From Octopus bimaculoides (lineage: Eukaryota): DNA of 64,000 bases. The notes beneath the pieces are model-generated. The model did not search any database. It had not been told where the DNA came from and worked only from the letters and a program-made list of their open reading frames with translations. Positions 1-11,079 of the stretch are shown here, one piece after another; positions within the stretch are counted from its first letter, which is position 1, and every line of letters starts with the position of its first letter. Position numbers and translations under genes: made by a program. The stretch is from positions 70,258,902-70,322,901 of the forward strand of contig NC_068990.1 in NCBI RefSeq assembly GCF_001194135.2, in the 5' to 3' direction.

Positions 1-19
1 ATATATTTATATATATGGC

Positions 20-308
20 CTTGTAGGGTTTTCGAGCGAGATCGTTGCCAGTGCCCCTGGACTGACTCTTGTGCGGGTGGCACATAAAAGACACCATTTC
101 GAGCGTGGCCGTTTTCGTGCGGGTGACACGTAAAAGCACCCACTACACTCTCTGAGTGGTTGGCGTTAGGAAGGGCATCCAGCTGTAGAAACTCTGCCAA
201 ATTAGATTGGAGTCTGGTGTAGCCATCCGGTTGCACCAGTCCTCAGTCAAATCGTCCAACCCATGCTAGCATGGAAAGCGGACGTTAAATGATGATGATG
301 ATGATGAT
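20..308 (+). mobile_element. 3' part of a high-copy retroposon with a (GAT)n tail (family R3)
   Basis: Core ggcatccagctgtagaaac...catggaaagcggacgttaaa(tga)n recurs at more than 10 sites in the window. Confidence 0.85.
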
Positions 309-360
309 ACATTATCAACTACATGTACTTAATGCATTTACTTTATGCTTTTACTGATAG

Positions 361-436
361 GCTGTGATTTGGTGTGGTAGAGAATTCTTTCTCAAAGCAC
401 TGGGTGTTGAAATGCCTGAAAATCATGGACAGTCAG
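361..436 (+). CDS. Candidate internal coding exon A of an unidentified gene (AVIWCGREFFLKALGVEMPENHGQS, phase 0 to 1)
   Basis: Acceptor ttactgatag at 360 and donor CAG|gtaatt at 437. Only one frame is open. Paired with a downstream complementary intronic sequence. Confidence 0.6.
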
Positions 437-488
437 GTAATTCACTTCTAATCTAGGAGTGATGGACATCGATGTTTCACCATTTTTC

Positions 489-558
489 TCCATGACTTTC
501 TGGTGTTTTTAACACCCTGTGCTTTGAGAGTGTATTCTCCACCACATCAAACCGTAGC
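489..558 (+). promoter_or_regulatory. Putative editing-complementary sequence (ECS) for exon 361-436
   Basis: Its reverse complement aligns to 361-429 with 7 G:U, 4 U:U and 3 A:C positions and one bulge. The copy has a stop (TGG>TGA) and a frameshift in the exon frame, so it is not a coding duplicate. Confidence 0.65.
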
Positions 559-1024
559 CTTCTGGTGAATACACAAAGTATGTATGTTAAGTATATGTAG
601 TAGATAATGTTTATTACACTATCACTGCTTCTAGTTTGTATTTGAATATGTGTGTGTGTGTATACATAGAAGCTCGCTTCTAAACTACATGGTCTCGGGT
701 ACAGTTCCACTGTGTGACGCCTTAGGCAAGTGTCTTCCGCTATAGTCTTTGGCCAACTGAAGCCTTGTGATTGAATTTGGTAGGCGGAAGTTTCTGTCGT
801 GTGTGTACATGTATGTGAAAATGCTAGCGCTCTCTTAACAGAGCAGAGGATATATATAGTCTGCTTAAAAAAAGTGTATCCAAATGATTTTCAATAAAAC
901 ATTAGGTTTTTCTATCTTGAAGGAACAGTTAAAAACTATTCCTTCTGCTGGTTGTTTATTTGTTTATGTCATAAAAAATTAGCTCTGGCTAAGGAATCTG
1001 TAATATTTCACTAACTAAATCGAG

Positions 1025-1106
1025 ATGTCAGTGCAGTCTCAAAGAGACCTGATGATTTACTTTATAACGGTCATGTTGGCTTCGTTATTGGTGGCCCATG
1101 CTGATG
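1025..1106 (+). CDS. Candidate alternative first coding exon with hydrophobic anchor or signal (MSVQSQRDLMIYFITVMLASLLVAHAD, ends phase 1)
   Basis: ATG follows an in-frame stop, there is an 18-residue hydrophobic run, and the donor is G|gtatta. Phase fits exon 3875. Could be chance. Confidence 0.25.
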
Positions 1107-2261
1107 GTATTAGTAATAGTTGTTAAATTTGTGTTACTTCTAAACTAACTTTGACCGAGGAATGACCTGTCAACTCTCTGGCAGTAACTGGAATGTCAAG
1201 CCTCTGGTATGATTTTTTGTTTGGTCAAGCTCTTATCTGTGTTCAGTATATTTATGTTGGACTTGTATGACAACTGTTTAAGGCTTAGAAAATGTAGTCC
1301 TGATATTCAAATGTGTACGAAACTGTCTGGCGAGGGATTTCACTGTCTTATTAGCTGTCTAACTGGTTGTGCTGTTGTTGTTGCATAGCCCCAGATCAGG
1401 CTTGATCAAGCATACATATGCATAAAGGTATTCCATCCATGACCATCCCTTCTTTTTCTTGTGTGCAGGGAACCCACGAATGTACTATACAATATGTTTC
1501 CTCCTCTAAGTGGTTTGATTTGAAGGTGGTTTAGTAGCTATTTCTAGCATGTCAAACCACCATATAGATACTCTTTCCTCCTCATTGGTTCATGGTATTT
1601 TGTTATTGTTATTGATAATGATGATAATCCTTGACAATTTTACACAAGTCAGTCTGCACTACATAGTAAACTAGATGTTGTACAGTCAACAAACCCATTC
1701 CTGTTTTGAATCAGCTCGTTGTTTGAAGGGAGGGAGGGGTTCACTTTACATTTTCATTTTCATTCTATGTTTTACTGTATGAAATTAACTGTAAAATTTT
1801 AGAATAGTGACTTCTATTTCAACTTTTTAGTTATGACGAATAGACAACAATCTTATATAAAAGGGTCTGAATATGACATTGTCCTTACTTCTACTAAAGA
1901 TGTTGCTCTAGGTTATTATTTTATTATTATTATTATTATTATTTATTGTTGTTGAAAATCTATTTCAGAAGCAGCTATTTTGTTTGTAGTACCTACTATA
2001 TTGTTTGCAGTACCTACTGTAGTTTTTCAATCAGATTTTTTAGTGATAGTTCTTTCTACAAGTTACACAACTGAAGATAGAGGCCATTCATAGAGAAGTA
2101 AAAAGATCCACTCTCTCATCTGAATTCTCTCCCCCTCCCCCCTCCCCCTCCACGAATGATGATACCTGTATTAATGGTTTTCTCTCAGTTTAGACCACTA
2201 TTTCTCAACAGGGGTCTACAGAAGATTTTACTGTTAAAAGAAAAAGAGGTTATACTTCTAT

Positions 2262-2414
2262 GTGGCTGTTTGGTAAGAAGCTTGCTTCCCAACCTTGTGG
2301 TTCTAAGTTCAGTCCCACTGCATGGCACCTTGGACAAGTGTCTTCTACTCTAGCCTCAGGCCAATCAAAGCCTTGAGAGTGGATTTGATAGACAGAAATG
2401 GAAAGAAGCCCGTC

Positions 2415-2470
<56 letters not shown>
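2262..2470 (+). mobile_element. tRNA-head SINE (family S1), 5' half ending in (TG)n(TA)n; approximate ends
   Basis: Same head as the copy at 13016 (gtggctgtgtggtaag...ggttcagtccca...gcaagtgtcttctactatagcc). Confidence 0.8.
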
Positions 2471-2701
2471 AGTTTGCTTACGGTGACAGCAACTGAGTAT
2501 CGCCTGAGGAGATACATATTGATCTTAAACAGGTAAATTGTTAAATAATTTAATTTAAACTTTAAATCCTGTATATACAAGGATCTGTATGTATCGAAAT
2601 ATTTGTAGCGATTAAAAAGCTGCCTAACCGTACTTACTCTTCCTTTTGACTCATTTACTTTCTACTTTATGTGTATATATATATGTATATATATAAATTG
2701 C

Positions 2702-3126
2702 AAGGTATAATGAATAAATGCTTCAATAGGTCAAAACAACTTTATATCATTCCCGAATTATCATAAATTGAATATAAATATATATTAAAACAACTGGGCA
2801 CACAATGGTAAAACCCAATAGTATAGAATGCACACATATACTCAAATAAAAGGTGATAAAACCTAAAAGGGTAATATGAGTGAAGTTGAATGAAGAAAAC
2901 TCTTTGGATTAAATTAATGCATAAAATTTTAATGCATTAATTTAATCCATATATTTTCTTCATTTGACTATCACCTTTTATTTGTGTGTATGTGTATATT
3001 TTATACTATTGGGTTTTTCTATTGGGTACCCTGTTGTTTTAATATATATTTATATTCGATTTATGATAATTTGGGAATGATATAAAGTTGTTTTTGCGCT
3101 ATTGGAGCATTTATTCATTATACCTT
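2702..3126. repeat. Long imperfect palindrome (about 425 bp foldback) centred near 2925
   Basis: 2702 aaggtataatgaataaatgcttcaatag is the reverse complement of the right end at 3126. The arms match to the centre except for one indel of about 30 bp. Confidence 0.9.
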
Positions 3127-3874
3127 TCCTCCTTTCGTCTAAGTGTCACCTGAGCACTTCTAGCTGCAGTCCTATCTTTTTATTCTTTGGTTTAACGAAA
3201 TTACTTTTTGGCTTAACGAAGTTATAAAATTATCTTTTATATATATTTATATGTATGTGTGTGTGTTTGTGTGTCTTTATCCCCCCACCATTGCTTGACA
3301 ACCAATGTAGGTGTGTTTACATCTCCATAACTTAGTGGTTTGGCAAAAGCAGCTAATAGAATAAGTACTAGGCTTACAAAGAATAAGTCCTGGGGTCAAT
3401 TTCTTCGACTAAAAAAGCCCTTAAGGTGGTGCTCCAGCATGGCTGCAGTCAAATGACTGAAACAAGTAAAAGATTTAAAGAAAATATATAAAATGTTTCA
3501 ACAATTTTTTTTGTACAATTCTTAATAATATTTAATTTTAAAAATACATTTGGATGGTTTTTTTTTATACACATCAGATAGGTATTGAGTAAAATAGGAA
3601 TCACAGGGGTCCAGAGCATATCAATCCAAAATGATTGATAACCTCTGATTTAAACTGTCTTGTGCTACCATCCACCATGTAACCCAGTCACTGACATCAG
3701 TCTGTACACTATGTCTGTAGCTGTTGTTGCACTGGAGGAAAACTTGTCAAAAAATTTATGAGTTTGTGACTAACTCGCCAAAGAACTGATTTTTGGTACT
3801 TAGTTGGCTGTCTTTTGAAGGTGTATTAAAACTGTATACTATTATATGTTGTTTGATATTAATTTTGTTTTTAG

Positions 3875-3925
3875 AAAAAAGAGAACTTGTCAAATTCCAA
3901 ATATACCAATATACAGATAATTTAA
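3875..3925 (+). CDS. Candidate exon B (EKRELVKFQIYQYTDNL, phase 1 to 1, 51 nt)
   Basis: Acceptor aattttgtttttag and donor A|gtaaag. The single open frame continues exon A. Confidence 0.45.
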   Translation, partial: KKENLSNSKYTNIQII

Positions 3926-4424
3926 GTAAAGAAAGTTTAACTCTCTCACTGTTTATGTAGATATTTTCTTTGCTGGCTCATAGTATTAATGTATATCTTT
4001 ATGGTGGTGGTCATGGTGGTGAGCCTAAAGTAGGATTTTGACTGAATGAGAGTGATAAGAAAAAAGAAAGAAAAAAATGTAATATTGAGAATATTCTTCA
4101 TTGATGTTGTATCCTTAAAGCTGAGAAGGAAGAAGTTTGAGCTACTTGTTAGATATCCATTCAGATTTTTAAAATCCATATTCTTTTATTATCTTACTTG
4201 TTTCAGTCATTTGACTGCAGCCATGCTGGAGCATCACCTTGAAGGCTTTTAGTCAAACAAATCGACCCCAGGACTTATTTCTTAAGCATAGTACTTATTC
4301 TATCAGCCTCTTTTGCCGAACTGCTAAGTTACGGGGACGTAAACACACCAACACTAGTTGTTAAGCAGTGATGGGATGGGGGTGGGGGAACAAACACAGA
4401 CACACATAAATATATACATATGTA

Positions 4425-4482
<58 letters not shown>

Positions 4483-4485
<3 letters not shown>

Positions 4486-4626
4486 TCATCATCATCGTTT
4501 AACGTCCGCTTTCCATGCTAGCATGGGTTGGACGATTTGACTGAGGACTGGTGCAACCGGATGGCTACACCAGGCTCCAATCTAATTTGGCAGAGTTTCT
4601 ACAGCTGGATGCCCTTCCTAACGCCA
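4483..4626 (-). mobile_element. Inverted truncated R3 copy
   Basis: Reverse complement of 161-308 with only two substitutions seen. Confidence 0.9.
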
Positions 4627-4629
4627 TAT

Positions 4630-5270
4630 ATATATAGTGACTGAGACCTTTGGAAATATGCTGTGCGTGAGAAGACCTGACAAGCGAAGCAAAACCATAG
4701 CCCGTCGCCTATGCCCATTTATGCATACCTTTCCTTCATTGGACACTAAACTCTGCTTGTTAAGACCTGTTGAGGCAAGTGAAATCGAAAGTGAAATCGA
4801 AATTGAAATCAAATGCGATGACTGGTATCCGTGCTAGTGGAGCTCTAAGAGCACCATCCGACTGTGATCGTTGCCAGAGCAGCTGACTGGCTTCTGTGCC
4901 GGTGGAACGTAAAAAGCACCATTTGAGTGTGATCGTTATCACCGTCACCTTACTGGCATGTGAAAAACATTCGAGCGAGGTTGTTGCCAGTACTGCTGGA
5001 CTGGCTCCTGTGCAGGTGGCATGTAAAAAACACCATTTGAGCATGGCCATTGCCAGTACCACCTGACCGGCCCTCGTGCTGGTGGCACGTAAAAGCACCC
5101 ACTACACTCTCAGAGTGGTTGGCTTTAAGAAGGGCATCCAGCTGTAGAAACTCTGCCAGATCAGATTGGAGCCTGGTGCAGCCATCTGGTTCACCAGTCC
5201 TCAGTCAAATCGTCCAACCCATGCCAGTATGGAAAGCTGACGTTAAACGATGATGATGATGATGATGATG
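4630..5270 (+). mobile_element. Longer R3 retroposon copy with internal tandem motifs and a (GAT)n tail
   Basis: Repeated ggtggcacgtaaaagcacc motifs and the same 3' end as 20-308. Related copies at about 35420-35935 (-) and 53140-53516 (+). Confidence 0.8.
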
Positions 5271-5274
5271 ATAT

Positions 5275-5308
<34 letters not shown>

Positions 5309-5548
5309 GATGGGCTTCTTTCAGTTTCTGACTACCAAATCCACTCACAAGGCTTTGGTTACCCCAAGGCTATAGTAGAAGACACTTGCCCAAGGTGCAA
5401 CACAGTGGGACTGAACCTAGAACCATGTGGTTGGAAAGCAAGATTCTTACCACACAGCCACAAAATTTTTTCTAACTATTTTGCTCTTGTCTGAGAAGAG
5501 AATGTGCATGTGTGTGTGTATGTATGTTAATTTGTTTTACCATTACAG

Positions 5549-5578
5549 TCAAGGCCATATTGGAGGATTGCCTTCAAT
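5549..5578 (+). CDS. Candidate 30-nt exon D (IKAILEDCLQ, phase 1 to 1)
   Basis: Strong acceptor tttgttttaccattacag and weak donor T|gtgtgt. In frame with B and C, and completes an amphipathic helix. Confidence 0.35.
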
Positions 5579-6979
5579 GTGTGTCAGACTGTTGGAAATA
5601 TGGATATATCACCTTTAGCAACTCCTATACCATTGTATATATAAGAGCAGCAGGACTAGCCAATCTTTTTGTTTAAATATCAAGGATTACATTGTCTAAA
5701 ATATCCTTCTATAAGACAGTAGAGTGTAATTTGATAGAGATTTGGCAGTTATTTCTAACTGATTGAGTGAGCACATAGAGGCTCCCTCATTAACTTATCA
5801 ACTCATGTATAATGATAATGTAAGTGTATGGACAATATTGATGTAGGAAGGGCTACCAGCATTAATGGTATTGTTAGTAATAGCTGTAGTGGTGGAGATG
5901 ATGATAGTGCTAGTAGGATTAGTGCTAGTAGGAATGGTGCTAGATGTTGTTGTTGTTATTATTAGTAGTAGAAACATTATCCTGTTATTAGGTAAGCATT
6001 AATGAGTTCTCATTCCCAGACTATAACAACCTAGCTAGTTTTTTTTTTTAAATTCTCTGATTCCTTTCTCAACAACATATTTTCAATAACTCTGTTTATG
6101 TACGTATATGCTTCAATGCTGCCATCAATAATTCAGGCTACTTCTTTAAAGCAATTCTCTATGAATAGAAGTATGTTGACTGATGGGATAAAGTGGTTTT
6201 GCTGTTAACTCAAATGTTATAAATCATAATGTTTAAGTATCATACATATCTCTCTTTCTTAAAGAACCTAAGGTGTTATTTGAGGTCAATTTGACTGCTA
6301 TATCTAACAGGTCATGCAGAGACCATGTAGTGAGCTCCTCATTGCTTGATCATTTCCATTGTAGATATTATGGCTAAGGGGATTAAATTATTAAGAAAAA
6401 TTGATACACTTGAAGAACTGGCATCTATATTCTTCACAATTCTCAACATAGATGGGAATATAAATACTAACCTTTTACTGTAGTAAATGGTTAGCATTAT
6501 GGAAAGGTAAGCTGGTAGACTTGTTAGCATGCTGGAAAAAATACTTTGTGGCATTTCTTCTGGCTTTACATTTGGAGTTCAAATTCCTTTGAGGACAACT
6601 TTGCTCTTCATCCCTTCAGAGTCTATAATTACCAATTGTGTACTGAAGTTGATGTAATTGACTCTTCCCTCCAAATTTCAAGCCTTGTGCTTACAATAGA
6701 AAATTTATAGAATGGTTGACAGAATCATTAGAGCATTGTGGTATTTTGATCTGGTTTTTTATCTTGCTGAGGTCAACTTTGCCTTTCATCCTTTAGAATA
6801 TAGTACTAGTGAAGTACTGGGGTTGATTATTCTCACCCCCATAAATTTCTGGCCTTGTGCCTATGCTAGAAACAGTTATAGAAAGGCAACCAACTGGTAA
6901 AAGATTTAAAAAAAAAAAAAGTAGATATCAAATTTTGTGGAGCTGTCCAACCGTTGCTAACTTGGAAAGTTGTATACTC

Positions 6980-7328
6980 TTTTACTTGTTTCACTCATTT
7001 GACTGCAGCCATGCTGGAGCACCACCTTTTAGTCGAGCAAATCGACCTCAGGACTTATTCTTTGGAAGCCTAGTACTTATTCTATTGGTCTCTTTTGCCG
7101 AACCGCTAAGTTACGGGGACATAAACACACCACCATCGGTTGTCAAGCGATGCTCGGGGGGACAAACACAGACGCACAAACATATACACACACATACATA
7201 TATATACAATATATACGATGGGCTTCTTTCAGTTTCTGTCTACCAAATCCACTCACAAGGCTTTCGTCGGCCCGAGGCTATAGTAGAAGACACTTGCCCA
7301 AGGTGCCATGCAGTTGGAATGAACCTGA
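6980..7328 (-). mobile_element. S1 SINE running into an assembly gap; approximate start
   Basis: Reverse complement of the 13016-13378 copy. Confidence 0.85.
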
Positions 7329-7980
7329 NNNNNNNNNNNNNNNNNNNNNNNNNNNNNNNNNNNNNNNNNNNNNNNNNNNNNNNNNNNNNNNNNNNNNNNN
7401 NNNNNNNNNNNNNNNNNNNNNNNNNNNNNNNNNNNNNNNNNNNNNNNNNNNNNNNNNNNNNNNNNNNNNNNNNNNNNNNNNNNNNNNNNNNNNNNNNNNN
7501 NNACATACATACCGGAGTAACAAAACTGTCCGATGAACGGGAACGTGAAACTCAGAGTAACGGTTTTTTTGTTATATTTCTGCTGCTTTTAAATAAAGTA
7601 TATATATATATATGTTTATATATATATATTTGTGGTGCTGTGAAAATGTTCTCAGTATTTATTAGGAAGGGCATCCATGTGTAGGAACTATACCAAAAAG
7701 TTATTGTTTTTTTTTTGTTTACTTTAAAACTGTTTCTGTGTTTAAAATAAATAGTTATTGTTTCTGGATGTGTTTGTCAAACTTAAAACAGACTAAATTT
7801 TGAAAGAAATCTAAGAACTTATAGATTATGTATTGATTTTTATTTTACTTGTTCTTCATTTCCAAAGTGAATTTAAGCTCCTTTGTTAAGCTGTTAAGTT
7901 TGGAGAAGTATAAGTGTTTCTTGACTAAGAATATACTGTAATACAATAGACATTTTGGTTTTATTTTATTATTTCTTTAG

Positions 7981-8045
7981 TGGCGGAGGACATATATAAA
8001 GAAAGGAACTCAGATTCATGGTGTGTTACTGATATACTTGTATAG
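7981..8045 (+). CDS. Candidate exon C (LAEDIYKERNSDSWCVTDILV*); terminal, or spliced at G|gtgtgt after 8020
   Basis: Strong acceptor ttattttattatttctttag. The phase-1 frame is open to TAG at 8043-8045. Confidence 0.4.
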
Positions 8046-8301
8046 CATTCCTATTTAGGTTGAAGTTTCTGCCCTATTTATAAATACAGTATACTGTCTT
8101 ATAAACATATGGGACTTTATGAAACAATGTCCAAGTTGACATTATTATAGTAGCCATAAAATGCCTCTGGAGATACTACTCTATTTTCTTTTGTGTGTGT
8201 GTGTATACTTAATGCCCCTAGCCTGAGTAAAACTATATTATACATCCTCACATTTGTCATATAGTCAAGCGTTTTGTTTTTCTCTCTAAGAACAATGACT
8301 G

Positions 8302-8371
<70 letters not shown>

Positions 8372-8385
8372 TATATACACACACA

Positions 8386-8636
8386 TAGGGTGCGATGGGT
8401 AAATTGTCACCATTTTATATTATTATTTCGTGCATGCACATTGTTTGTGATTTTGTCAACTACACAGTATAGTAGGGTCAGATGGGCACTGTCTGTGAGA
8501 AAAACAGCACCATTACACAATTCACTCTACCAGAAATTTGGAAACGACATACTGTACTGTTTGGCATTCATGCCAGAAGCTCCAATATGAACATTTCAGA
8601 GTATTTGGATGTCAATCTGAGGACAGTGCATAAAAA
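8386..8636 (+). mobile_element. 5' fragment of a Tc1/mariner-superfamily transposon (TIR plus N-terminal coding remnant)
   Basis: TIR-like tagggtgcgatgggtaaattgtcacc after a TA tract. Remnant TQFTLPEIWKRHTVLFGIHARSSNMNISEYLDVNLRTVH is HTH-like. Confidence 0.55.
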
Positions 8637-8637
8637 T

Positions 8638-9280
8638 CAGACAGGTAATGCACTATCGGAATACTCACGTGTGCATTGACAACAGATTAAAAACCCAGAA
8701 GGCCGCCAAATACCACTGAGTAACCATCTGGCAACATGTGGTCGTGAAACTTTTATATTTCTATTCCATAAGCTTTACAACCTGAATGAAATTGAGAGAA
8801 AACGCAAAGAAAAGGACTTTATTAAGAAATTCAAACCCACTCTTAACAAACAATGATTAAATTTATCTTACTTGGGGTTCAAAAATCTTATCCCTATAAC
8901 TAAAACACAAAAAATCTCTCAAATGTCATCATTTCTAAAAATAAACCTGGCATCATTTCTAAAAATAGCCAAACACCTACTGCTGCTGTCCAAAGGAATA
9001 GGTATAAAAGACAAAAGAACAGGCAGTCTGTTACAATCTGTCAGATGAGGCCTTAATGAATGCCAATAGGCATGAAAGCATATACTAGCCTTTATATATT
9101 TAATTCTCTATATTTAATACTCAATATTTCATATATTCAATAAGACATTCAATATTTCATTTCATTTTACTATTTATATTATATTATATATTCCATATTC
9201 TATATCCCACATTAATTTTATAAGAATATAAATAAAACATAAAAAACAGAGTTGGAACTCTTTTAAATAATATATATTCT
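8638..9280 (+). mobile_element. Penelope-like element 3' end (GIY-YIG endonuclease C-terminus at 8638-8856 plus downstream repeat)
   Basis: QTGNALSEYSRVH*QQIKNPEGRQIPLSNHLATCG...ERKRKEKDFIKKFKPTLNKQ* resembles PLE GIY-YIG C-termini. One in-frame stop. Confidence 0.7.
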
Positions 9281-9329
9281 TCTATACATGATCATACAAA
9301 ACCCTGTTTTGTGTATTTTTTAATTTTTA

Positions 9330-9383
<54 letters not shown>

Positions 9384-10156
9384 ACAGGCTTCTTTCAGTT
9401 TCAATCTATTAGATTCATGTAGAAAGCTTTGATTGGCTGAGGCTGTTATAGAAGATACTTGTCCAATATGCCATACAGTAAGACTGAACTTGAAACCCTG
9501 TGGTTGGGAAGCAAACTTCTTAACCACGCAGCTATGCCTGTGCCTAGATTCCTGTTTCATAATGCAGCAGAAAAATAAGCCCCATAAAAAATTTTTTTTT
9601 TCTTTTTCAACTGCTATGCTACTGTGAAAGGAATGTCTGTAGAGACAATATTGCTATGAATATGTCAAATGTGAACCAAAAACTCAGTTCTTCAGTGATA
9701 CAAAAGTGCTAATACTTTACTAATTCTCTATTACTTAGAAAATAAAGATAGATAAATAAATTTATGAGGGATTTGTATTGTTGAAAAGGTCAGAAGCTGT
9801 TTTAGATGTTAACAAATTCTAATCCAAAACATATCTAGCCATTTATTTGGAGTCCTTTTATTTGAGGATAGTTTTAAAGGTTATAAATGCTGAAGCATTA
9901 TATTTGGTTTTTAAGGGTTCACTTCAGTTCTCTCAATCATCATTCTATTCTTCGTTTCTATTGTTGCTCTCTTTTCTTTTTGTCTTGTTTTCTTATGTAA
10001 AATGAATCTGGATATTTCACTACTTTCCATTTCATATAAAATTCCAATATCTTGCAATTCCAAAATCATTTCTACTCCACTCTTTCCAGTTGTCATTCAC
10101 TATTTCATCCGTTATTTTATTCCTAATATACCTCTTTAGAACCAATTCTCTCTACT

Positions 10157-10194
<38 letters not shown>

Positions 10195-10250
10195 ACACGA
10201 TGGTCTTCTTGTTTAAGTTGGTGAATACTGCCATCATCCTTGCCTTCACC
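10195..10250 (-). mobile_element. Short fragment of the DD37D transposon family
   Basis: Near-identical to about 19530-19580 (ggtct.cttgtttaagttggtgaat.ctgccat.atccttgccttca). Confidence 0.7.
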
Positions 10251-11079
10251 ATTTATGAAACATATATACCATGTATTATGGGTCTGTGGACTGCTCTTAA
10301 GATTTTAGCGAGTGACCATCAAGTAGGGCTTGTTATTTCAGTATTTTCATTAACACTTTACTTCATAAGAGTAGCCAGATATAATCAAGATGGTGTCCCA
10401 TATTTAAACATATGACTAAGAATGAATAAGTCATTAATCACTGAATGCCACATGTTTTTGCATGTCTGGCATTGAACCACTCAGTTTATTCCCATATCTA
10501 CTCATTATTTGACTGCTGGTTCTTCAAAAGCTCATTTAAAACACTGACTTTTGTTTAACATATTTCCTGGCAACAATTTCACCTTTTCTTTTCTTTCTTT
10601 TTTCATTTTATACTTCAATATTCACCTCCTAATGAGCATGAATTTCTGAACAGTCAGGTAGTTGCCTATTTTATTAGTGCTGGGTATGAATGTAATTGGC
10701 TGGCTTTTATTTACCACCATGTTCCTAACAACTGTTAATAGTTGTCTGGTTGCATTTCAAATGGTCTAAGTAGTTAATGTCTTCATATTTTGATGTTAAC
10801 ATATAATGGTTTCAAATTTTGGCACTAGACCAGCAGGTTTGTGGGGAGGGGCTAAGTTAATTAAATTAGCCCCAGTGTTCAACTAGTACTTATTTTATTG
10901 ACTCTGAAAGGATAAAAGGCAAAACTGACCCCAGCAAGATTTGAATTCAGAATGTAAAGAAGGAAGTAATGTTGCTAATCATTGTGCTTGGCTTGCTCAT
11001 TGTTCTGCCAGCTCACCACCTTATGTTAACATGTCATAATAATCCTGTAGGAGTTCAGGTTTCCCATCCATTTGACTGT

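Noticed and set aside
477-710. Minus-strand ORF or exon resembling exon A
   Set aside because: It is the inverted complement of exon A, with a stop and a frameshift in the homologous frame, and the rest is microsatellite and SINE. It is better explained as an ECS.
6857-7684. 275-aa ORF
   Set aside because: It spans a SINE and a 174-N gap, so it is an artefact.
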